A model generated the notes under the pieces. That model was not told the DNA's origin and ran no database searches. It saw only the letters and a list, made by a program, of their open reading frames with translations. A DNA stretch of 64,000 nucleotides from an uncultured SAR86 cluster bacterium (GTDB lineage Bacteria > Pseudomonadota > Gammaproteobacteria > Magnimaribacterales > Magnimaribacteraceae), in the NCBI GenBank assembly GCA_902611645.1, contig CACMAF010000003.1:10072-74071 (forward strand), written 5' to 3'. Positions 1 through 10,950 of the stretch are shown piece after piece. Numbering within the stretch: position 1 is the stretch's first letter; every line of letters begins with the position of its first letter. Both the position numbers and the translations under genes were made by a program.

Positions 1-6
1 TAATAA

Positions 7-219
7 CTATCTAAGCAATTCCATAACAATTAATAGAACTATAATACCTACAAGACCTGAGTCTCCCAGCATTGCTACTGCTGCTAGAAGATTTTCAAGT
101 ACATTAGGTACGAAGGCCACATCAGTGCCGATAACCACTCCAAGAACAACACCTAGAGCAATCAAAGCTACACCTATACCGGTTAAGTCGCTTACCAAGC
201 GTTTTGCATTTTCCATCAT
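7..219 (-). CDS. Small hydrophobic membrane protein of unknown function (70 aa)
   Basis: Two Gly-rich hydrophobic stretches (IGVALIALGVVLGVVIG; GLVGIIVLLIV); fills the gap after pnp on the same strand. Confidence 0.75.
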   Translation of the reverse strand: MMENAKRLVSDLTGIGVALIALGVVLGVVIGTDVAFVPNVLENLLAAVAMLGDSGLVGIIVLLIVMELLR

Positions 220-245
220 AATATCTCACCCATTTTTTGTTAAAC

Positions 246-271
246 AAAAGCCCAGATAATTCTGGACTTTT
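246..271 (-). terminator. Hairpin, likely intrinsic terminator after pnp or 5' UTR structure of the small ORF
   Basis: Minus strand AAAAGTCCAGA-ATTA-TCTGGGCTTTT followed by GTTT. Confidence 0.55.
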
Positions 272-337
272 AAATTTAACAGGATGAAAACTATTAAGAC
301 AATTATTGGGCTAGCACAAAATTTTAAATATTACAAA

Positions 338-2434
338 TTAATCGTCTAATCCTTTCATTGTAAGTCTTATTTTGCCTTGCTTATCTACTTCAAGAACTTT
401 AACCTTTACTTCTTCACCTTCAACAAAATAGTCTGAAACATTTTCTACTCTTTCCTCAGAAATTTCAGAAACATGAACTAATCCATCTCTTCCAGGCATA
501 ATTGTTACAAAAGCACCAAAATCTTTAATATTAGCGACAGTGCCAGTATAAATTTTATTTACCTCTGGTTCAGCGGTAATTTCCTCGATTCTTTTTAGAG
601 CTGATTCTCTGGATTCTGGAGTGTCTCCATAAATAGTTACTTTTCCACTATCCTCTACCTCAATAATTGCACCAGTTTCTTCAGTGAGCCCTCTAATAGT
701 TTCTCCCCCTTTACCAATAACATCTCTTATCTTCTTAGTATTTATCTGCACTACAACAGCTTGAGGTGCTTTTTCAGATAACTGCTCTCTAGAAGAGGAA
801 ATTACTTCATTCATACTGGATAGTATATGATTCCTCGCAGTATGTGCTTTTTCTAAAGCAACTTCGAATATTTCTTCAGTAATGCCGTCTATTTTGATAT
901 CCATTTGAAGAGCGGTTATACCTTCTGAAGTTCCTGCAACTTTAAAGTCCATATCACCAAGATGATCTTCATCGCCTAAGATATCGGTAATGACTGCGAA
1001 TCCTTCTTCTTCTTTAACCAATCCCATGGCTATACCAGCCACCGCTGCCTTGAGAGGGATACCTGCATCCATAAGAGCAAGGCTTGAGCCACAAACACTC
1101 GCCATTGAGCTGGAGCCATTAGACTCTGTTATTTCAGATACTACTCTTATTGTGTAAGGAAAGTCATCAGGTGACGGTAAAACAGCCTCTAAAGCTCTCC
1201 TTGCAAGTTTGCCATGCCCTATCTCTCTTCTTTTTGGACCGGACATAAATCCTGCTTCTCCTACCGAATAAGGTGGAAAGTTGTAATGAAGCATAAATTG
1301 GTCTTTATACTCACCTTCTAAAGCATCTATTAGTTGAGCTTGTCTAGGAGAACCGAGAGTGGAGGTAACCATTGCTTGAGTTTCGCCTCGGGTAAATAAT
1401 GCAGAACCATGAGTATTCTTTAAGACACCAGTTTCAATAAACAAAGGTCTAACAGTATCTAAATCTCTTCCATCAATCCTCGGGGCACCTTCGATGAGTC
1501 TCGTTCTGACAATATTTTTGCCTACTTTCTTGAATGCATCAAGTAGATCATTTTGTGAAAATGACTCTTCATCTTCTGACACGTTCTCTTCAAGAATCTT
1601 TTCTCTTATTTCTGATAGAGCCTGGATTCTTTCTTGTTTGATTTGCAAAGCATAAGCAGCAGAAATTTGATCACTATAATTATTTTTTACTAACTCAACA
1701 ACTTCTGAGCTTAAGACTTTTGGTTCATATTGAAATTCAGGTTTACCAATATCAGATACCATCTCTTTTATAGCTTCAATAGCTACTTGCATTTCTTGGT
1801 GAGCGAATAATATCCCCCCCAACATTTGATCTTCTGAGAGTTCTTTGGCTTCTGATTCAACCATGATAACAGCTGCATCACTTCCAGCAATAACCATATC
1901 TAAATGAGATTCTTCTAATTCGCTCCTTGTTGGGTTGATGCAGTAGTTGCCATCAATAAACCCAACCCTTATGGCTCCAAGGGGGCCATTGAATGGCAGT
2001 CCCGAAATCGCCACAGCTGCTGAGGCAGCTAGAAAGGAAAGAATATCAGGATCGACATTTTTATCGGAGGAGATAACTGTACAAATTACCTGAACTTCAT
2101 AGAGGAAATCGTCATTGAATAAAGGCCTAAGAGGTCTATCAATTAATCTAGAAGTAAGTGTCTCCTTTTCAGTAGGCCTACCTTCTCTCTTGAAAAAACC
2201 TCCGGGTATTTTACCTGTTGCATAAGTCTTCTCCTGATAATTAACTGTCAGAGGAAAGAAGTCTTGATGTTCGCCTGGAGCTTTTCCTACGACAACTGTA
2301 GCTAAAACTTGCGTATCCTCACATGTAGCAATTACTGCTCCAGTAGCTTGCCTAGCAACTTTACCAGATTCTAGGATGATTTCTTTGTCACCCAACATGA
2401 AAGATTTTTTGTAACTTTCCATTTTATTTTCCAA
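338..2434 (-). CDS. pnp: Polyribonucleotide nucleotidyltransferase (PNPase)
   Basis: [18 protein letters not shown] and [10 protein letters not shown] motifs; KH and S1 domains; true start may be the ATG at 2422. Confidence 0.98.
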   Translation of the reverse strand: MENKMESYKKSFMLGDKEIILESGKVARQATGAVIATCEDTQVLATVVVGKAPGEHQDFFPLTVNYQEKTYATGKIPGGFFKREGRPTEKETLTSRLIDRPLRPLFNDDFLYEVQVICTVISSDKNVDPDILSFLAASAAVAISGLPFNGPLGAIRVGFIDGNYCINPTRSELEESHLDMVIAGSDAAVIMVESEAKELSEDQMLGGILFAHQEMQVAIEAIKEMVSDIGKPEFQYEPKVLSSEVVELVKNNYSDQISAAYALQIKQERIQALSEIREKILEENVSEDEESFSQNDLLDAFKKVGKNIVRTRLIEGAPRIDGRDLDTVRPLFIETGVLKNTHGSALFTRGETQAMVTSTLGSPRQAQLIDALEGEYKDQFMLHYNFPPYSVGEAGFMSGPKRREIGHGKLARRALEAVLPSPDDFPYTIRVVSEITESNGSSSMASVCGSSLALMDAGIPLKAAVAGIAMGLVKEEEGFAVITDILGDEDHLGDMDFKVAGTSEGITALQMDIKIDGITEEIFEVALEKAHTARNHILSSMNEVISSSREQLSEKAPQAVVVQINTKKIRDVIGKGGETIRGLTEETGAIIEVEDSGKVTIYGDTPESRESALKRIEEITAEPEVNKIYTGTVANIKDFGAFVTIMPGRDGLVHVSEISEERVENVSDYFVEGEEVKVKVLEVDKQGKIRLTMKGLDD

Positions 2435-2488
2435 TTTTACAGAGCCCTATTGCCCAGTAATTATATGATTAATGATATTAAGAGTTGA

Positions 2489-2758
2489 TTATCTTCTTAA
2501 ACCCAAATCCGAAATTAACTTTGTATAAGTATCTGGTTTGGATATTTTTATATAATCAAGTAGTTTTCTACGTTGATTCACCATTCTAATTAATCCTGTT
2601 CTGGAATGGTGGTCCTTAGCATTAGCTTTGAAATGAGTTTGAAGAGCATCAATATTTGCTGACAACAACGCTACTTGGACCTCAGGTGATCCTGTATCTT
2701 TATCTGTTCTTGCGAACTTAGTTACTATTTCTTTCTTTTCTGTATTACTTAGTGCCAA
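2489..2758 (-). CDS. rpsO: 30S ribosomal protein S15
   Basis: [18 protein letters not shown]; TTG start with GAGG SD; position between truB and pnp. Confidence 0.98.
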   Translation of the reverse strand: MALSNTEKKEIVTKFARTDKDTGSPEVQVALLSANIDALQTHFKANAKDHHSRTGLIRMVNQRRKLLDYIKISKPDTYTKLISDLGLRR

Positions 2759-2778
2759 TTTTTTTCCTCTAATTGAAA

Positions 2779-3645
2779 TTAATTCGTAGATATAAGTCTT
2801 TTAGGTTGAAGTTTATTACCACTGACCTCCCCAATACCTAGGAAAATTTCTTTTTCAGTATATATTCTTACTAATCCTTTATTTTTTACGAGCGCATTAT
2901 AGTCTATTGATAGGCCATTTCTAACTTTTTTTACATCTTCTTTTTTTATCTTTACTTTAGCCAAATCACTCAACATGGCATCGCAAGGCAAAACTTTAGC
3001 GATTAAAGATTGATATGAATCTTCAAAACTACAAGATTTATGATTTAAATTCACATCTCCAACTTCTAATCGTCTTAGAGATATTACCGTAGCGAAAGAG
3101 TTCAAATTCCTACCTAACTTTTCAATAAGGCTCCTTATATATGTACCTTTAGAGCAGGTTACTCTCAAAATTGCTGTATTAATAGATTTTTCAATCAATT
3201 CAATTTTTTGTATGTCAACCTTTCTAGGCACTCTGTAGAGATAAACTCCCTTCCTTGCCCAATAATATAATGGATTGCCATTTATCTTTATTGCAGAGTA
3301 CATAGGAGGTGTCTGATTTTGAATTCCTTCTAGGTCAATTAAAACTTGATAGAAGTCTTCTGTAAAACCGATGAAGCTGGCTTTTGAGATTATATTACCA
3401 GTAATATCTCCTGAATCTGTTTCAATTCCAAATTCTATTCCTACTTCATAAACTTTATCCTGTTCTGAAGCATAATTACTAAACTTAGTAGCTTCTCCAA
3501 TACATATCGGAAGTAGGCCTGTTGCTAATGGATCAAGTGTTCCACAATGTCCTATTCTCTTGATTCCTAGTTTTGAACGAAGTTTATAAACACATTGAGC
3601 AGAAGTTAAACCTTCAGGCTTATCTAAAATTAAAAATCCATTCAT
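2779..3645 (-). CDS. truB: tRNA pseudouridine(55) synthase
   Basis: [20 protein letters not shown] and [10 protein letters not shown] motifs. Confidence 0.96.
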   Translation of the reverse strand: MNGFLILDKPEGLTSAQCVYKLRSKLGIKRIGHCGTLDPLATGLLPICIGEATKFSNYASEQDKVYEVGIEFGIETDSGDITGNIISKASFIGFTEDFYQVLIDLEGIQNQTPPMYSAIKINGNPLYYWARKGVYLYRVPRKVDIQKIELIEKSINTAILRVTCSKGTYIRSLIEKLGRNLNSFATVISLRRLEVGDVNLNHKSCSFEDSYQSLIAKVLPCDAMLSDLAKVKIKKEDVKKVRNGLSIDYNALVKNKGLVRIYTEKEIFLGIGEVSGNKLQPKRLISTN

Positions 3646-3649
3646 GAAG

Positions 3650-3961
3650 TTAAAAAAACTCTTCTATCTTAAAGAAAATCTCAGGAATTCTTCTCAAGTT
3701 TAAATTTTGACTGAGCTTTTTTCTGATAAAGCCTTTGGCTTTTTCTAAACCATTTATTAATTCTCCTAGATCGATTTCATTAAAGCTGTTAGTTTGCGAA
3801 ATTAATATATCAGCCTTCTTCATGTCAGGTGTCAACATAACATTCATGACTGTTATTCCTCGAATGCGTGGATCTTTTACCTCTTTGGATAAAACCTGAG
3901 AAATTTCAACTTTTATTAGATCAGCGATCCTATCAGAACGCTTAAAGTCTTGTGATGGCAT
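3650..3961 (-). CDS. rbfA: Ribosome-binding factor A
   Basis: R-SDRIAD...KDPRI, LNLRRIPEI; between infB and truB. Confidence 0.95.
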   Translation of the reverse strand: MPSQDFKRSDRIADLIKVEISQVLSKEVKDPRIRGITVMNVMLTPDMKKADILISQTNSFNEIDLGELINGLEKAKGFIRKKLSQNLNLRRIPEIFFKIEEFF

Positions 3962-6316
3962 TTAATCAAGTGTTCTTTTTACTTCAATCCGATCAAAGAC
4001 TTCTATTTTGTCTCCAACTTTCACGTCTCTGTAGTTTGCGACACCAATTCCACATTCAGTTCCCATGGGAACTTCGTTTGCATCATCTTTAAACCTTTTT
4101 AGAGAATCTAGCTCCCCTTCAAATATAACTATATTGTCCCGAAGCACTCTGATTGGTTTATTCCTTTTAATAGTGCCTTCTATGACAATTGAACCAGCAA
4201 TCTGTCCAAATTTAGGAGATTTAAAAATATCTTTAACTTCAGCAGTGCCAAGTATCTCTTCTTTTACTTCTGGAGCTAAATGACCTTCTACCGAAGTTTT
4301 GATACCATCTATTAGGTCATAGATGATGCTGTAGTAGAGAATTTCGATAGATTCTTTTTCTGATAAAGATTTAGCAGCATTATCTGCTCTAACATTAAAT
4401 CCCATAACAAATGCACCTGTAGTCATAGCTAGATTGACATCATTTGCATTTATGGAACCCACTGACTCGTGGACTATATTTATTTTGACTTCTTCATTTT
4501 CTATATTCTTTATAGAACCGATGATTGCCTCTAAAGAGCCATGTGTATCTGCCTTCAAAACAATATTCAGAATTGTGTGATTTCCTAGTTCAGATTCAAA
4601 AAGCATCTCAAGATTTGAGATTTGATTGCGGGCCAATCTTTCTTCTCTTGCTTTTTCTGCTCTTTCATTAGAAATTTCTTTAGCCATTTTCTCGCTTGAA
4701 ACAACAACAAACTCTTCTCCCGCCTTGGGAGGAACATCAAGACCTGTTATAGATGCAGGGACTGATGGTCCAGCCTCTTTCAAAATCGAACCATTTTCAT
4801 CAACTAAACTTCTTACTCTTTTTGTCTGTTCACCAACAAGAATCATATCACCCTTTTTTAAAGTGCCCTTTTGCACAAGTATCGTTGCAACAGCGCCTTT
4901 GCCGACTTCAGTAGTTGAATCTAAAACCACACCAAATGCAGGGCCTTTATGGTGTGCTTTGAGCTCTAAGACTTCAGCTTCTAGAGAGACAGCTTCTAGT
5001 AATTCTTTTATACCATCACCTTTTAGAGCTGAAATAGGTAAAAATTGAGTTTGGCCTCCCCAATCCTCTGGAATAAGTTCTTTGTTAGAAAGTTCTGTTT
5101 TTACTTTTTCTATATCGGCTTCTTCTCTATCCATTTTATTTACTGCGACTACGATTGGAACTCCAGCAGCTTTGGCGTGGCTAATTGCCTCCTCTGTTTG
5201 TGGCTGCAGTCCATCATCCGCAGCAACTACTAATATGACAATATCAGTAGAATTGGCTCCCCTTGCTCGCACTTCTGAGAAAGCAGCATGACCAGGAGTA
5301 TCGATAAAAGCAATTATGCCGTGATCTGTGATTGCTTGATAAGCTCCAATTTTTTGAGTAATACCTCCATCTTCTCCGGCTGCAACATTAGCCTTCCGAA
5401 TATAGTCTAGTAATGTTGTCTTGCCGTGATCTACATGACCCAGAACTGATACTACTGGGTTCCTGCGCTCTTCTTCTCCATCATAGGTAACCAGTTCCAT
5501 TAGTTGATCTTCAACTTCAACCTTTACAGCCGGTTCTCCCTTATGACCCAATTCTTCTGTAACTAATATGGCAGTGTCTTGATCTAAAGGTTGATTTAAT
5601 GTGGCCATAACACCCATAGACATTAATTTTTTTACTACCTCAGCCCCTTTTACAGAAAGACTTTGGGCAAGTTCGCTTACTGTGATCGTTTCGGGAATTT
5701 GAATATTTTTTGAAACTAAATCAACAGGTTTTTCAAACTCTTGCTTTTCAACATTAGAAAGGAAATTTTCTCCCTCTAACTCTCTTTGCTCTTTTTTAGA
5801 TAGTTCAATTCTAGAAGGTTTGAGTGCTCTTTTTTCAATTTTAACAACTTTCTTAGTTCCAGGTTTAATTATGGGAGATTCGCTAGTCTTAGCTTTTCGC
5901 CTAGTAACAAGAGTCTTTTGCTCGATTTCTTTTTTTCTTTGTTCCTCTTCCGCCTTTTTGTTAGCCTCGCCAGCTTGTCTTTTTTTTTCTATTTCATCGA
6001 AATTAATTGTTGAGGAAGTTTTTTTAGCTTCGGAAGTCTTTTTTTCAGTATTATCTCTTGTAATTGTTTTTCTAGTTATTGAAACTGTTCCAGCGGAGGC
6101 CGGTTCGGACTTAGTTGCACTTTTATTCAGCGAAATAGTCTTAGAAGATTTATTCTGCTGTTCTTTAAGAAACTCTAGTAATGTCTTTTTATCTTTATCA
6201 GTAACCTCATCTTTAATATCAGTATGAGAAAGACCTGCTTCTTTCATCTGAGAAAGGAGGGTTTGCCCTTCAGAACCAATTATTTTAGCTAAATTTTCTA
6301 CTGTAACTGATGACAT
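3962..6316 (-). CDS. infB: Translation initiation factor IF-2
   Basis: [13 protein letters not shown] and NKMD GTPase motifs; C-terminal GTECGI. Confidence 0.98.
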   Translation of the reverse strand: MSSVTVENLAKIIGSEGQTLLSQMKEAGLSHTDIKDEVTDKDKKTLLEFLKEQQNKSSKTISLNKSATKSEPASAGTVSITRKTITRDNTEKKTSEAKKTSSTINFDEIEKKRQAGEANKKAEEEQRKKEIEQKTLVTRRKAKTSESPIIKPGTKKVVKIEKRALKPSRIELSKKEQRELEGENFLSNVEKQEFEKPVDLVSKNIQIPETITVSELAQSLSVKGAEVVKKLMSMGVMATLNQPLDQDTAILVTEELGHKGEPAVKVEVEDQLMELVTYDGEEERRNPVVSVLGHVDHGKTTLLDYIRKANVAAGEDGGITQKIGAYQAITDHGIIAFIDTPGHAAFSEVRARGANSTDIVILVVAADDGLQPQTEEAISHAKAAGVPIVVAVNKMDREEADIEKVKTELSNKELIPEDWGGQTQFLPISALKGDGIKELLEAVSLEAEVLELKAHHKGPAFGVVLDSTTEVGKGAVATILVQKGTLKKGDMILVGEQTKRVRSLVDENGSILKEAGPSVPASITGLDVPPKAGEEFVVVSSEKMAKEISNERAEKAREERLARNQISNLEMLFESELGNHTILNIVLKADTHGSLEAIIGSIKNIENEEVKINIVHESVGSINANDVNLAMTTGAFVMGFNVRADNAAKSLSEKESIEILYYSIIYDLIDGIKTSVEGHLAPEVKEEILGTAEVKDIFKSPKFGQIAGSIVIEGTIKRNKPIRVLRDNIVIFEGELDSLKRFKDDANEVPMGTECGIGVANYRDVKVGDKIEVFDRIEVKRTLD

Positions 6317-6321
6317 TTTCT

Positions 6322-7782
6322 TTAATCCTCAAACCAATGCGCTCTTGCTCGCATAATTAAATCTCCTGCATCCTCTTTGGAGATATCTATTATGCTAGTA
6401 AGTTCTTCAATCGATTGCTCAGCAAGTTCCTCCCTGTCATTAATTCCTTTTTGAGTTAGTGCCAATGCAAGTGTCATTTCCATTCCTTCAACCGACATAA
6501 GATCTCCTGACTCTCCATCATCTGTAGAAACTTCCATGGCCATTGTTATTAAGACTTCTTTAGCTCTATTTATCAAAAGACTACTAATATCATCATCAAA
6601 GCCGTCAATTTGTGAAAGCTCCTCTATTTCTGAAGAAGAAATAGATTCTAAGGAGTTATATCCATTAGATATAAGCGTATTTGCTAAATCTTCATCTACA
6701 TCTAATTTATCTATTAATATATTTGAAATACTCTCAGATTTCTCCTGATTTTCTTGATCAGCAACTTCCTGATCAATAACATTTAATTTCCAACCAGTAA
6801 TTTGGCTACTGAGACGAACATTTTGTCCACTTTTTCCTATTGCTTGAGCTAGAGTATCTTGAGTAACCGCCACATCCATTGAGCCTCTAGCCTCATCGAG
6901 TACTATTGACGTTATTTCAACAGGACCCATTGAGTTAATAAGTAATTGAGCTGGATCATCATCCCAAATTACAATATCAAGTCTTTCATTGCCTAACTCA
7001 TTCGATACAGCTTGTACTCTCGAGCCCCTCATTCCAACACAAGCTCCAACAGGATCTATTCTATTATCATTAGTTTTGACTGCTATTTTGGTTCTTGAAC
7101 CAGGATCACGAGCTATAGCCTTTATTTCTATTACTTGTTCAGAAATTTCAGGAACTTCTAGCTTAAATAATTCTCCTACCATTTCTGGACATCTTCTACT
7201 AAGAGCTAATTGAGGTCCTCTGTTTTCTCTCTCTTCTTCTTGAAGAACTGCCCTAAGTCTATCGCCAATCCTAAATACTTCTCCAGGTATTAAATCATTT
7301 CTAGATAGAATTGCTTCAGCCCCTTCACCTAAATCTATAATTAAGAATTCTCTAGTCACTTTTTTTACAGTGCCGTTCACCAATTCGCCTAAGACATTAC
7401 GATATTTTTCAACAACCATTGCTCTTTCAGCTTCTCTTACTTTCTGAACTATTACTTGTTTTGCAGCTTGCGCAGCGATTCGACCAAATTCTACATTCTC
7501 TACCTTCTTTTTTATAAATGAACCTAATTCACCATTTTCACCATCATGAATAACTTGGATGCCTTGATCTTCTATATCTTCTTCGGAAACAACTTCCCAT
7601 AAACGAAAAGTTTCATAGTCCCCAGTTTTTGGATCAATTATTACCTCTATACTTGAATTTTCAGAATACCTTTTTTTTGTTGCAGTTGCTAAAGCTTGCT
7701 CTATAGCCTGGAATATAGCTTCCTGAGGTAGACCCTTTTCACCTGAAACTGCTTCTGCTACTAATAGAATCTCTTTTTGCAT
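6322..7782 (-). CDS. nusA: Transcription termination/antitermination factor NusA
   Basis: FGRIAAQAAKQVI, DPVGACVGMRGSR, AIGKSGQNVRL; acidic C-terminal repeats. Confidence 0.98.
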   Translation of the reverse strand: MQKEILLVAEAVSGEKGLPQEAIFQAIEQALATATKKRYSENSSIEVIIDPKTGDYETFRLWEVVSEEDIEDQGIQVIHDGENGELGSFIKKKVENVEFGRIAAQAAKQVIVQKVREAERAMVVEKYRNVLGELVNGTVKKVTREFLIIDLGEGAEAILSRNDLIPGEVFRIGDRLRAVLQEEERENRGPQLALSRRCPEMVGELFKLEVPEISEQVIEIKAIARDPGSRTKIAVKTNDNRIDPVGACVGMRGSRVQAVSNELGNERLDIVIWDDDPAQLLINSMGPVEITSIVLDEARGSMDVAVTQDTLAQAIGKSGQNVRLSSQITGWKLNVIDQEVADQENQEKSESISNILIDKLDVDEDLANTLISNGYNSLESISSSEIEELSQIDGFDDDISSLLINRAKEVLITMAMEVSTDDGESGDLMSVEGMEMTLALALTQKGINDREELAEQSIEELTSIIDISKEDAGDLIMRARAHWFED

Positions 7783-7793
7783 AATATTTCCTC

Positions 7794-8234
7794 TTAGATT
7801 ATAAGATTTGCATGAATAATAGAAGAAAAAGCAATTTGCATTGGGCCTTCTTTCATTTCAAGCTTAATACTCGTTTTGTCAACTCCATCTAAACGTCCTT
7901 GAATTGTTTTTTTGTTTTGACTATCAAAAAAAGTGACCTTCAAGGGTTGATTTAGATAATCTTTATATTGTTCGTTATAAAAAAATTTCCTATCCAAACC
8001 TGGAGAAGAAACCTCTAACATAAAGTTTTGGGAAAAGTCATTCTCCACATCAAGTACTTTACTTACATGTTTGCTAACCTTTTCACAATCCTCAACAGAT
8101 ATACCTTCATTTTTATCTATGTATATTCTTAAAGTTTGATTAGATCGTCTTCCAAATAACTCAAGACCCCAGACTTTGCAGCCTAATCTTTCGATATCCT
8201 CTTCCACTACTTTTTTTATATAATCTATATCCAT
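7794..8234 (-). CDS. rimP: Ribosome maturation factor RimP
   Basis: LRIYID...EDCEKVS and LEVSSPGLDR motifs; upstream of nusA. Confidence 0.96.
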   Translation of the reverse strand: MDIDYIKKVVEEDIERLGCKVWGLELFGRRSNQTLRIYIDKNEGISVEDCEKVSKHVSKVLDVENDFSQNFMLEVSSPGLDRKFFYNEQYKDYLNQPLKVTFFDSQNKKTIQGRLDGVDKTSIKLEMKEGPMQIAFSSIIHANLII

Positions 8235-8245
8235 TCTTTACCTAC

Positions 8246-8267
8246 AAAAAAAGCCCATAAAGGGCTT
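8246..8267 (-). terminator. Intrinsic terminator between tRNA-fMet and rimP
   Basis: Minus strand AAGCCC-TTTAT-GGGCTT followed by a T run; same position as the terminators after E. coli metY. Confidence 0.8.
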
Positions 8268-8270
8268 ATT

Positions 8271-8347
<77 letters not shown>

Positions 8348-8360
8348 ACAAAAAGTTCGC

Positions 8361-8389
8361 AGTATAGTTAGATGCAGCGAAAGAATCAA
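8361..8389 (-). promoter_or_regulatory. Sigma70 promoter of the tRNA-fMet-rimP-nusA-infB operon
   Basis: TTGATT-17 bp-TATACT, 13 nt upstream of the tRNA. Confidence 0.8.
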
Positions 8390-8398
8390 GAAAGATAT

Positions 8399-8484
8399 TG
8401 GTGCCGAAGAGAGGATTCGAACCTCCACGAGCAATGCTCACTACCCCCTCAAGGTAGCGTGTCTACCAGTTCCACCACTTCGGC
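8399..8484 (-). tRNA. tRNA-Leu (GAG)
   Basis: GCCGAAG acceptor stem, CTACC-TTGAGGG-GGTAG anticodon arm, long variable arm, TTCGAAT, CCA; leuU position after secG. Confidence 0.96.
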
Positions 8485-8492
8485 AAGTTCCT

Positions 8493-8792
8493 TCAATTAT
8501 CTTCTGGAAGGATTCCTGTTTCATCAATTTCTGCTTCTATGATGGGTGATTCTTCAATCATAGAACTCCGAGAAATATAGGTAATAGATAAACTAAGAAT
8601 TAGAAAAATCGCTGCAAGGATAGCGGTTACTTTAGTAAGAGGATTTGAAGAAGAGCTTGATCCAAACATTGTGTTACTGGAGCCTGCTCCGAAAGCACTT
8701 CCAATATCGGACCCCTTTCCTTGCTGCAAGAGTATTATTAATATAAGAGATATAGAAATAAGTATGTAAAAGAATATAAGTAAATTTTCCAT
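8493..8792 (-). CDS. secG: Preprotein translocase subunit SecG
   Basis: LLQQGKGSDIGSAFGAG motif, two TM helices. Confidence 0.96.
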   Translation of the reverse strand: MENLLIFFYILISISLILIILLQQGKGSDIGSAFGAGSSNTMFGSSSSSNPLTKVTAILAAIFLILSLSITYISRSSMIEESPIIEAEIDETGILPEDN

Positions 8793-9547
8793 TAGCTTAA
8801 ATTATATATTTTAGAAAAGGTTTCAGAATTTAAGGACGCTCCTCCAATCAAAAGACCATCAACATAAGTAGAAGAAATTATTTCTTCGCAATTGTCCAAG
8901 TTTACACTACCTCCGTAAAGAACTGCAGGATAAATATTTAACTGACTCCATCCTAGATGACCATTTATATATTGTTTAATAAACTCATGTGTTTCCTCTA
9001 TGTAGTCTTTCTCAGCATTAAGTCCCGATCCAATGGCCCATATAGGTTCATAGGCAATAGTAATGAACCTCAGTTTATCTTCATGTGTAGATTGAAGTTT
9101 ACCTAATACATCCAATTGCTCACTTAAAAATTGATAAGTTTCATTTTTATTCTTAGTATCAATATCTTCGCCAATGCAATAAATTACCGAAAGCTGATCA
9201 TCTAAAGCTTTTTCTATTTTCTTAGTAATTACATTATTGTTTTCCTTTAAAAAATTTCTTTGTTCAGAGTGACCAATGAGTACATAGTTAATACCTAAAT
9301 CTTTAAGCATTGTTGTACTTATTCCGCCAGTTAAAGACTCATTCTCGAAGCTGTGGTTTACAATTTGTGACCCAATTTCTATGGAGTAGCCATTTTCATC
9401 AATTAATCTTCTTGCATATTCTAGATAGCAAGTTGGAGGGCAGAAAATACAAGGATTTACGTTTGTTATATTGTTATTGGAGACTGTCGCAATCCAAGTT
9501 GCCACCGATTGCCTGGTACCATTCATTTTCCAATTTGCAATAATCAT
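8792..9547 (-). CDS. tpiA: Triosephosphate isomerase
   Basis: ANWKMN, GHSE, AYEPIWAIG, LYGGSV, LIGGASL. Confidence 0.96.
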   Translation of the reverse strand: MIIANWKMNGTRQSVATWIATVSNNNITNVNPCIFCPPTCYLEYARRLIDENGYSIEIGSQIVNHSFENESLTGGISTTMLKDLGINYVLIGHSEQRNFLKENNNVITKKIEKALDDQLSVIYCIGEDIDTKNKNETYQFLSEQLDVLGKLQSTHEDKLRFITIAYEPIWAIGSGLNAEKDYIEETHEFIKQYINGHLGWSQLNIYPAVLYGGSVNLDNCEEIISSTYVDGLLIGGASLNSETFSKIYNLS

Positions 9548-10908
9548 ATAGTTTGAGCCAAATCTGCCAAAGCATCGCAGAAATCATGCGAAGCACCAGT
9601 TTTATCAGACTCTACCATGATCCTTATTAAAGGCTCAGTTCCAGAAGGTCTTATAAGCACTCTTCCATTCTTTCCGAGTTGTTTTTCTATACGAGTAACT
9701 TCGGACCAAAATTTATCACTAATTATTATTTTGTTAGGGTTATTTACCTTCAGATTGACTAGGGCTTGAGGAAACTTTTGAAATCCTTCCAATGATTTTT
9801 TTACAGAAAAGTTATTATCCCTAATGACATTCAATAGGCTCAATGCAGCAATAATGGCATCGCCAGTGGGAGCAGAATCTAGACAAATTATATGACCAGA
9901 AGGCTCTCCACCAAGCACCCAAGATTCATCCAGTAATGTCTGTAAAACATACTTATCTCCTACATCTGCACGTAAAAAAGGAATATCATTTTTTTCAAAA
10001 TATATTTCCAAAGCCTTATTCGTCATCAAAGTGCCAACAACTCCTGAATCTGCTTTAAGATTTTTAGATAAGATATACAAAATATCGTCCCCATCAAGAA
10101 TTTCTCCTTCAGAGTTGACTACTAAAATCCTATCCCCATCTCCGTCAAAGGCAATTCCTAGATCATAAAAACCATTTATTATTTCTTCCTTTAAGAAATC
10201 AGGATTAGTAGAGCCGCAATTTTGATTAATATTAATTCCATCAGGAGATGAGCCGATTGTTTCAACTTTTGCTCCTAGCTCTGAAAATACTTTCGGTGCG
10301 ACTGAATAAGTTGCTCCATTCGCACAATCCAAAAGAATTTTTAATCCATTTAAATCTAAGTCAGTAAAGGACGATTTACAGAATTCGATATAACGTCCCT
10401 GAGCATCATTCATCCTAGAAGCTTTACCGAGATTTATTGATTCGACAGCAGCCATTTCTTGAGTAAGTTTAGTTTCGATCCTTTTTTCTAATTCGGCTGA
10501 AAATTTCTGACCATATTTATTAAAAAACTTAATGCCATTGTCTTCAAATAGATTATGTGAAGCACTAATAACACAGCCTACCTGATTATTAGAGTTTGCT
10601 AGATAGGACACGCCTGGAGTAGGTAGAGGGCCTAATAATGTTACATCCATACCTGCTGAGATAAAGCCTGCTTGTAAGGCCGATTCGAACATGTAACCTG
10701 AGATTCTTGTATCTTTGCCTATAAGAACTTTGGAAATACCCTCTTCTAAAAGTATAGATCCAGCAGCCCATCCAAGTTTTGTAACAAATAGAGGATTCAT
10801 CGTGGAAGTTACTGGTCCACGAATACCATCAGTACCGAACATCCTATCCTTACTCAAAGTAGAAAGGACTGACAATTCATTGTTTCTTATAGACGCTAGT
10901 TTACTCAT
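9544..10908 (-). CDS. glmM: Phosphoglucosamine mutase
   Basis: FGTDGIRG, ISASHN, DGDGDR, RPSGTEP; true start may be the TTG at 10857. Confidence 0.96.
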   Translation of the reverse strand: MSKLASIRNNELSVLSTLSKDRMFGTDGIRGPVTSTMNPLFVTKLGWAAGSILLEEGISKVLIGKDTRISGYMFESALQAGFISAGMDVTLLGPLPTPGVSYLANSNNQVGCVISASHNLFEDNGIKFFNKYGQKFSAELEKRIETKLTQEMAAVESINLGKASRMNDAQGRYIEFCKSSFTDLDLNGLKILLDCANGATYSVAPKVFSELGAKVETIGSSPDGININQNCGSTNPDFLKEEIINGFYDLGIAFDGDGDRILVVNSEGEILDGDDILYILSKNLKADSGVVGTLMTNKALEIYFEKNDIPFLRADVGDKYVLQTLLDESWVLGGEPSGHIICLDSAPTGDAIIAALSLLNVIRDNNFSVKKSLEGFQKFPQALVNLKVNNPNKIIISDKFWSEVTRIEKQLGKNGRVLIRPSGTEPLIRIMVESDKTGASHDFCDALADLAQTI

Positions 10909-10950
10909 TAAGAGTAGATTTTAGTCTATAGATATTATTTCACCAAAATA

